Source: an uncultured delta proteobacterium
Lineage (GTDB): Bacteria; Myxococcota_A; Polyangia; Polyangiales; Polyangiaceae
Assembly (NCBI GenBank): GCA_963716725.1
Contig: CAVQUB010000009.1
Span: forward strand, 160,001 to 224,000
DNA: 64,000 nucleotides
Direction: 5' to 3'
A program made the position numbers and the translations under genes. Position 1 is the stretch's first letter, and each line of letters begins with the position of its first letter. Shown piece by piece: positions 58,200-64,000 of this stretch. The notes under the pieces were generated by a model. That model saw nothing but the letters and a program-made list of their open reading frames with translations. It had not been told where the DNA came from and ran no database searches.

Positions 58200-58531
58200 G
58201 TCGCGGCGAGGACCGGCACCTACGGCGGTGGCGCCAGCGGGAAATGGAGCGTCGTGGTCGACAACGGTTGCTCCGTCACCGGAGCGCACAAGGGCACGTC
58301 GCCGCAGCCGTCTGCGGAGGGATCAGCGGGACGGTAAGCTTCTCCGGGAGCATGGTGTTGCAAGCAACGTTCGGATCGTCCTCGTGCCCATGGCAAGGCG
58401 CGGTGAGCGGTGCTGGCGCCAGCGGCACGTGGGACTGCGGAGGCGGCATCGCCGGCGCTTGGAGCGGCTCGCTCGTCGGTCCGATCGACGCCAGAGCCGG
58501 CGGGACAGGTGGCTCTTGTGGGGTCGAGTGA
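58200..58531 (+). pseudogene. Degraded fragment of a beta-rich exported protein
   Basis: GTYGGGASGKWSVVVD and ISGTVSFSG...GASGTWDCGG lie in different frames; no clear start. Confidence 0.35.
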
Positions 58532-58588
58532 TTCGGGCATCCCGGATTCGACCGGCATGCTCCGCACACCGAACGACTGCTCCCCCCG

Positions 58589-58933
58589 TCACTCCACTTC
58601 CGGAACCGGGATCCCTATCGCTCTGAGGATTGCGCGCTCCACAGCAGCGATTCGGGAGGCCGTCAGGCGTGCGCCAAGCGCGCGCGCGTCGAGGTCGCCG
58701 CGCGGAAGCGTGGTGATCTGCTCTGCCTTGAGCACCGTACGCGAGGCAACTCCGCCTTCTCCCGGGCGCAGGACCACGTGAGTTGGTGCCTCCCTGACGA
58801 TAGTCGACCCGGGCACGACGATGACGTCGTTGGCGTGCTCGTTGCGGTAGTCGGGTGAGATCACCAAGACCGGACGGCGCTTGTCCAGCTTGGCCCAGTA
58901 CAAGCAGCCGCGCCGAAGCAAGCTGGACCTCAT
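58589..58933 (-). CDS. mazF: PemK/MazF family endoribonuclease toxin
   Basis: RRGCLYWA...KRRPVLVISPD.RN...VIVVP.ST, EQITTL. Confidence 0.9.
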   Translation of the reverse strand: MRSSLLRRGCLYWAKLDKRRPVLVISPDYRNEHANDVIVVPGSTIVREAPTHVVLRPGEGGVASRTVLKAEQITTLPRGDLDARALGARLTASRIAAVERAILRAIGIPVPEVE

Positions 58934-59202
58934 TCGTCGTCGATCCTGAGCTTTCGGGCCGCGCGCGAAGACGCTCGCGCCAACGCCGCGCCTTCGCGGG
59001 TTTCGGCGTCCGACAGACTCCGGTAGTACGCGATGGTCTCGGCACGCAGGCGCTCTTCGACGTCCTGATGGGCGCCGCGGCGGAGCCATTCTTCGATGAC
59101 GGAGCTGCGGCTCTCGCCGGGCCGCTTCTTGCGGGCGCGATCGATGGACCGCACGAGGTCCGGCGCCAGAGTGATGCTGACCTTGATCCGAGTATTCTCC
59201 AT
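58930..59202 (-). CDS. Ribbon-helix-helix antitoxin
   Basis: KVSITLAPDLVRSID...SRSSVIEEWL; ATGA overlap with toxin. Confidence 0.88.
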   Translation of the reverse strand: MENTRIKVSITLAPDLVRSIDRARKKRPGESRSSVIEEWLRRGAHQDVEERLRAETIAYYRSLSDAETREGAALARASSRAARKLRIDDE

Positions 59203-59215
59203 GAGCTTACCGATT

Positions 59216-59243
59216 ATCCTACCACTGGTTTCGCGGCGGGCAA
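59216..59243 (-). promoter_or_regulatory. Sigma70-type promoter of the TA operon
   Basis: TTGCCC-N16-TAGGAT with TG extension, 13 nt before the ATG. Confidence 0.5.
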
Positions 59244-59539
59244 GCGCCCCGCGGCGGATCGTGAGAGCCGCGCCTGCCAAGCGGCTCTCATGCTTCGTGC
59301 TACCGCTCAGTACATGAAGGCGTCGCTGCCGTCGGTGACGGTGACCATCACGATGGTGTCCGCGCGAGTGGCGACCGGAACCAGCGGATAGGCCTGCGTC
59401 AGCGCGTCGCGGCGCTGCCCGTCGTAGGCGAGGATGTGCAGGATCTGCCGCTCGGATCCATGTTCGTTCATCGAGCCGCGGACTGCAACGCCGCACGATC
59501 GCGGTCGCCAGCCTCGGCTCGACCTGGCACCATGGCCGG

Positions 59540-61135
59540 ATGCAGCACGCTCTCGCGCTCGGCGCGGCGCTCTCGGTCCTGTCCCTCGCCTCGGTCGCCA
59601 GCGCCGAGAAGGTGACCTCGATCTCGCAGTACGGCGTCACCTGGACCTTCGACAAGGCCTACGAATCGGGGAAGTTCGCCAGCGGTGATCATTGGGTGGT
59701 CGGCCCGGTGAACGTCGTGTCGGTATCGCCGGCGCCGACCGGCACGCGCAACGGCTCCGCCGTGAATCCTCAAGGCGGACGTCAGGGCTACGACTCGCGC
59801 GGCGGCAGCTTCAACACCGCCGACAACGTCAGCTTCCCGCACACTCTGGCGGTCGACGCTTCGCTGGTATCGAGCGTCAGCAAGGCCGAGGGCATCGACC
59901 CCAAGAACGTCGGTCCGATGGACTCGCAGGCAGTGCTCACCGCCGTGGCCGCGCCGCTGCCGCCGACCGCGCTGCGACCTTCATACGCGGGCACCTTCAA
60001 GCAGCACCTGGACACGAGCAAGATCGACTGGTCGATCCTGCCCAAGCTGCCGGCGCCCAGCTCGAAGCCCAGTGGCGCTTCGGTGCTGCAAATGGCCGAC
60101 CGGCCCCGGATCGATCACCTGAGTTCGTGGACGATTCAGAACAGCTGCGCGCAGCAGAACTGGAACAACGGCGGTGGTCACGCCTGTTACGGTCGCGAAG
60201 TGTCGACCTACGTGAGCGCGGCGGCGCTCTACGTCCTGCTCGACACCCCCGAGCGCAACGAGGTCGCCATCTCGATGATCCAGCACGGCATCGACAACTA
60301 CGGCGTGCTCAAGGCCGGGGGCAATTGGGCGGCGAACGGCGGTCACCACAACGCGCGCAAATGGCCCATCGTCTTCGCAGCGCGCATGCTGAATGACTGC
60401 GACATGCTGAAGGTCGGCGCGGACTACGACGACCAGTACTTCGGCGAGGACGATCAGACCTACTTCGGGGACAAGGGCAAGGCGCTCTTCGGGACGGCCT
60501 GCGGGTCCAATCAAACCTATTTTCAGAACGGCTGCTCGGGATCCGGAGCCAAGGACTGTCGAGACCCCGCGAAGCTCGTCGACGGCTGCGGCGACTACCG
60601 AAACTGCTGCACCAGCGCCTATTGGGTCGGACAGATGCTCTCGACGCTCATGCTCCGTTCCAAGAAGATCTGGGCGCACGACGCCTACTTCGACTACGTC
60701 GACCGCTGGATGAGCGGCGACGTGGTCGGTGGCGGCGCGACCTCGAGCACATTCGTCACCGACATGTGGAAGGCGCACCGCACCAACCTACCCACAGGCG
60801 GCGACGTGGAACCGACCTGCACCCCAGGGACGGGCGGGAGCAGCGGCGGCGGCGGCGGCGGCGGCGGCGGATCGGGCAGCGCCTCGGGAGGCACAGCGGG
60901 CGGCGGATCGGGCGGCGTGGCCGGCTCGGCCACGGGCGGAGGCGGCACGACGTCCAGCGGCGGGACGGCGGCGGGAGGCAGCAGCGCAAAGCCCTCCAGC
61001 GACGACGACGGCGGATGCGGCTGTCGAACCTCGCCCACGCGGTCGCGGCTCGGGTGGCTGTCGGCGCTGGCGGCTGTGGGTGTCGCCCTCGGGCGCCGCC
61101 GACGGGCGCCGCTAACCGGCGCAACCGCAGGCTAG
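59540..61135 (+). CDS. MYXO-CTERM surface protein of unknown function
   Basis: Signal peptide; [12 protein letters not shown]; Gly linker; DDGGCGCRT...hydrophobic...RRRR tail. Confidence 0.8.
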   Translation: MQHALALGAALSVLSLASVASAEKVTSISQYGVTWTFDKAYESGKFASGDHWVVGPVNVVSVSPAPTGTRNGSAVNPQGGRQGYDSRGGSFNTADNVSFPHTLAVDASLVSSVSKAEGIDPKNVGPMDSQAVLTAVAAPLPPTALRPSYAGTFKQHLDTSKIDWSILPKLPAPSSKPSGASVLQMADRPRIDHLSSWTIQNSCAQQNWNNGGGHACYGREVSTYVSAAALYVLLDTPERNEVAISMIQHGIDNYGVLKAGGNWAANGGHHNARKWPIVFAARMLNDCDMLKVGADYDDQYFGEDDQTYFGDKGKALFGTACGSNQTYFQNGCSGSGAKDCRDPAKLVDGCGDYRNCCTSAYWVGQMLSTLMLRSKKIWAHDAYFDYVDRWMSGDVVGGGATSSTFVTDMWKAHRTNLPTGGDVEPTCTPGTGGSSGGGGGGGGGSGSASGGTAGGGSGGVAGSATGGGGTTSSGGTAAGGSSAKPSSDDDGGCGCRTSPTRSRLGWLSALAAVGVALGRRRRAPLTGATAG

Positions 61136-61145
61136 CCTCGTCGCC

Positions 61146-61787
61146 ATGCAACCGCTCGAGTATCAGCGCCCATCGGAATCGGAAATGCGCGAGACCGCAG
61201 ACGCCTTCTTCGAGCGCATGCGCACCCGTCGCTCTGTGCGCAGCTTCAGCCCGGATCCCATCCCACTCGACGTGGTGCGCACGGCGATCCTGAGCGCTGC
61301 CCTCGCACCGTCGGGCGCCAACAAACAACCCTGGACCTTTGTGCTGGTCACCGATCCGGAGGTGAAGCGAAAGATCCGCGCCGCGGCGGAGGAAGAAGAG
61401 CGCGCGTTCTATGGCGGTCGCGCGCCCGAGCGCTGGCTGCGCGATCTCGAACCCCTCGGGACCAACGCGGACAAGCCCTTCCTCGAGGAAGCCCCGTGCC
61501 TAGTGGTCATCTTCGCCCAGCGTCACGGCGCGGGCGACGACGAGAAGCACTACTACGTGCAGGAGTCGGTGGGCATCGCCGCCGGCTTCTTGATCGCAGC
61601 GCTTCACCACGCGGGGCTCGCGACGCTCACCCACACCCCGAGCCCAATGGCGTTCTTGGCGGACATCCTGGGCCGACCCAAGCACGAGCGCCCGTACCTG
61701 CTCTTGCCCGTGGGCTATCCCGCCGCCGACTGCGAAGTCCCCGACATCACCCGCAAGACCGCCAGCGAGGTGCTCGTCGAGGTGTGA
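61146..61787 (+). CDS. Nitroreductase superfamily, iodotyrosine deiodinase-like
   Basis: [34 protein letters not shown]...[17 protein letters not shown]. Confidence 0.88.
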   Translation: MQPLEYQRPSESEMRETADAFFERMRTRRSVRSFSPDPIPLDVVRTAILSAALAPSGANKQPWTFVLVTDPEVKRKIRAAAEEEERAFYGGRAPERWLRDLEPLGTNADKPFLEEAPCLVVIFAQRHGAGDDEKHYYVQESVGIAAGFLIAALHHAGLATLTHTPSPMAFLADILGRPKHERPYLLLPVGYPAADCEVPDITRKTASEVLVEV

Positions 61788-61793
61788 CTCGGC

Positions 61794-62408
61794 TCAGTCC
61801 CGCGCCGCCAAGGCGCCCGCGACGAAGCGGCCGTCGTGCGACAAGCTCACGTCGAGGCCGGTGGGCACGCCGCCGTCGCACAAACGTGGCGGCTCGTAGC
61901 CGTCGTAGCTCGACGCCGAGGGGCGCCGCTCGATGCTGAGCGTCTCACCGGTGACGTGCAGCGCGGCGGCGGCCATCCGACACAAGAGATCTCTGCCGGC
62001 GGCGCTGGCGCGGGCGTGGGGCGGGAGCGACTCGACCTCGAAGCGAGGCGAGCTCGTTCCCAGGGTCGCCAGCGCGTGCACCCATCCCTCGCCGTGTTGC
62101 ACGCTGAGGCCAAGCTCCCGATCGTCGAAACGCGACGAGGCGAGATCGCCGGCGACCTCGATGCGGCGGTGGGCAAGCCCCGGCTCTTCGCCGATCTTCA
62201 CCAGCAGCTTGTAGGAGGCCTCCTTCGCGGCGAAGAGCGCCCAGAACAGCCGCTCAGGCTCCTCTGCAGCTTCGATGGCGCGCCGCTCGCTGGGCGTGCA
62301 GACCCGCTCGACGTAGCCCGGCCGCGCGAACGACGTGTGGTTGTCGGAGTCTCCGAGATCCACTACGTCGTTGCCGACCAACGCCACGCTCGAGCGCGGC
62401 TGATTCAT
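61794..62408 (-). CDS. 4'-phosphopantetheinyl transferase
   Basis: VGNDVVD, FAAKEASYK, DVSLSHDG; ATGA overlap with ACP. Confidence 0.88.
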   Translation of the reverse strand: MNQPRSSVALVGNDVVDLGDSDNHTSFARPGYVERVCTPSERRAIEAAEEPERLFWALFAAKEASYKLLVKIGEEPGLAHRRIEVAGDLASSRFDDRELGLSVQHGEGWVHALATLGTSSPRFEVESLPPHARASAAGRDLLCRMAAAALHVTGETLSIERRPSASSYDGYEPPRLCDGGVPTGLDVSLSHDGRFVAGALAARD

Positions 62409-62653
62409 GCCTGGCCCGCGAGAATCAGCTTCACCGCGTCGCCAATGGTCTTCACCTTGTCCGCGTCTTCGTCCTTCACCTCGATCTCGAAGGCGTCTTC
62501 GATCTCGAGCACGACGTCGACCAGGCGCGCGGAGTTGACCTTGAGATCCTTCAGGATCGAAGTCTCCATGCTGGCGGTCGCCAGCGCCTCGGGCGCCTTG
62601 GCAAAGGGCTTGATGATGGCCACGACCTTCTCGAACACTTCTTGCTCTGACAT
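62405..62653 (-). CDS. Acyl carrier protein
   Basis: DLKVNSARLVDVVLEIEDAFEIEV.D.DA...TIGDAV. Confidence 0.92.
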   Translation of the reverse strand: MSEQEVFEKVVAIIKPFAKAPEALATASMETSILKDLKVNSARLVDVVLEIEDAFEIEVKDEDADKVKTIGDAVKLILAGQA

Positions 62654-62674
62654 CGACGTTCTCCTTGGCTCCGC

Positions 62675-63953
62675 TCAGGCGGAGTACTTCTTGAAAATCA
62701 CGCAACCATTCACGTCGCCAAAGCCAAAGCTGGCCTTGGCGATGACACTGAGCTCGGGCACCTCGCGGGTCTGGTGCACCACGCTCGAAGCAAAGCGAGC
62801 GACCTCGGGGTGTAGATCCTCGCAGTTCAGCGAGCCGTGGACGAAGCCCCGAGCCAGCTGCAGCACGCTGGCGACGCACTCGATGCCGCCAGCGGCGCCG
62901 AGCGCGTGGCCGATCAGCGACTTGGTGGACTGGATGAGCGGCAGCTGCTCGGCAGACAGCTCCAGCGCTGCGCGCCAGTTCTCCACCTCGTGGGGATCGG
63001 CGAAGGTCGCCGTCAGGTGGCCGTTGATGAGACCGATTTCCGCGCGGCAGGATGCCGGCCATGGCGACTGCGCCGCGGATGCAGCGCTGCACGCTGTTCG
63101 GGTTCGGCGCCGTCATGCTGCCGCCCTGTCGGTGACCGCCGCAGTTGACGAAGCCGCCGAGCACCTCCGCGCAGATGCGCGCGCCGCGCGCGCGAGCGCT
63201 GTCGAGGCTCTCGAGCATCAAGACGCCCGAGCCCGAACCCGGGATGAAACCCGCCGCGCTGGCCGAGAGCGGCCGCGACGCCTGCGCCGGCGCGTCGTTC
63301 TTGCCGCGATTGAGCACCTTCATCGCGTCGAAGCCCGCCCAGATGTACTTCGAGTGACCTTCGGAGCCGCCGGCGAGCATGCGCTCGGCGCGGCCCTCGC
63401 GGATACGATGGAAGGCCTCGACGACCGCCTCGGTGCCGGTGTTGCACGCGCTGGAGTTGGTCGTGACCTGATTGCCGAGCCCGAGCAGACCGGCGACGCG
63501 CGCGCTGTTGCCGCTCGACATGATCTGCTCGACCATGGTGCTGCCGAGGCGCGCGACCTTGCCGGCGTCGGTCTTGGGCGCGAGCTTCTCGGCGATGGTG
63601 TCGATGCCGCCGATGCCGGTGCCGATCACGGCGCCGGTGTCCCAGTCGGGCTCGGCGTCGGGCGCGATGCGCGCCAGGCCCGCGTCGGTCCAGGCGTCGA
63701 TGGCCGCGATGGCCGCGTAGACCATGTTGGGATTCATGGCGTAGAGCTCCTCGTCCGACAGGTAGTTACCCTGGAGCTCGTCCACGCCCTGGGGAATGCC
63801 GCCCACCTGACAGCCGAACTTGAGCTCGGCCAAGCCGGGCACGACTCGGATGCCGCTCTCGCCTTGGCGCAGCGCGCGCTCAAAGGCCTCGAGGCCGTGT
63901 CCGTTGGGCGCCAGCACGCCCAGCCCAGTCACCACCACTCGACGTTCAGCCAC
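62675..63953 (-). CDS. Beta-ketoacyl-ACP synthase (FabF-like); one +1 frameshift near 63046
   Basis: RRVVVTGLG, SSACNTG, then after the shift INGHLTAT, KSLIGHALGAAG, SFGFG. Confidence 0.9.
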
Positions 63954-64000
63954 GCGGCACCCCCATTCCGGCGACTGTGCCCTTGGCCACCGCGTCCCCG

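Noticed and set aside
59307..59471. 54-codon minus-strand ORF (MNEHGSERQILHILAYDG...)
   Set aside because: Coding-like codons but no RBS or recognisable family; not called as a gene
61794..63953. 719-aa KS-PPTase fusion in the ORF track
   Set aside because: Artefact of the +1 insertion near 63046; the middle part reads out of frame across the KS C-terminus and the ACP

Overview
High-GC window that looks myxobacterial (Polyangiaceae-like), judged from MYXO-CTERM tails, Gly-rich lipoproteins, PEGA/Ser-Thr kinase modules and an AgmX/PglI-type domain. Housekeeping genes include purM, purN, rsmD, truA, trpE, dnaJ, corA, aguB-aguA and a Kef-type antiporter. Main points: (1) a 2-kb decayed island in tRNA-Leu(TAG), whose right end carries a second, structurally compensated 3' tRNA half, with a DUF4160/DUF2442-HTH pair, a GmrSD-like remnant and a transposon remnant as cargo; (2) a coupled DNA methyltransferase (DPAY) plus PD-(D/E)XK nuclease next to that tRNA; (3) an Rpn-like nuclease with a candidate internal start and a perfect 12-bp x7 repeat; (4) a probable serine palmitoyltransferase plus ceramide synthase pair; (5) a GT4-fusion/GT4/GH5-like/GH130 carbohydrate cluster; (6) a degenerate class III cyclase-like protein; (7) an orphan SctN/FliI ATPase; (8) a MazF/RHH pair; (9) the end of a FabF-ACP-PPTase cluster. 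Several genes carry single-base insertions that are most likely sequencing errors. All family calls come from motif recognition by eye; no database searches were run.
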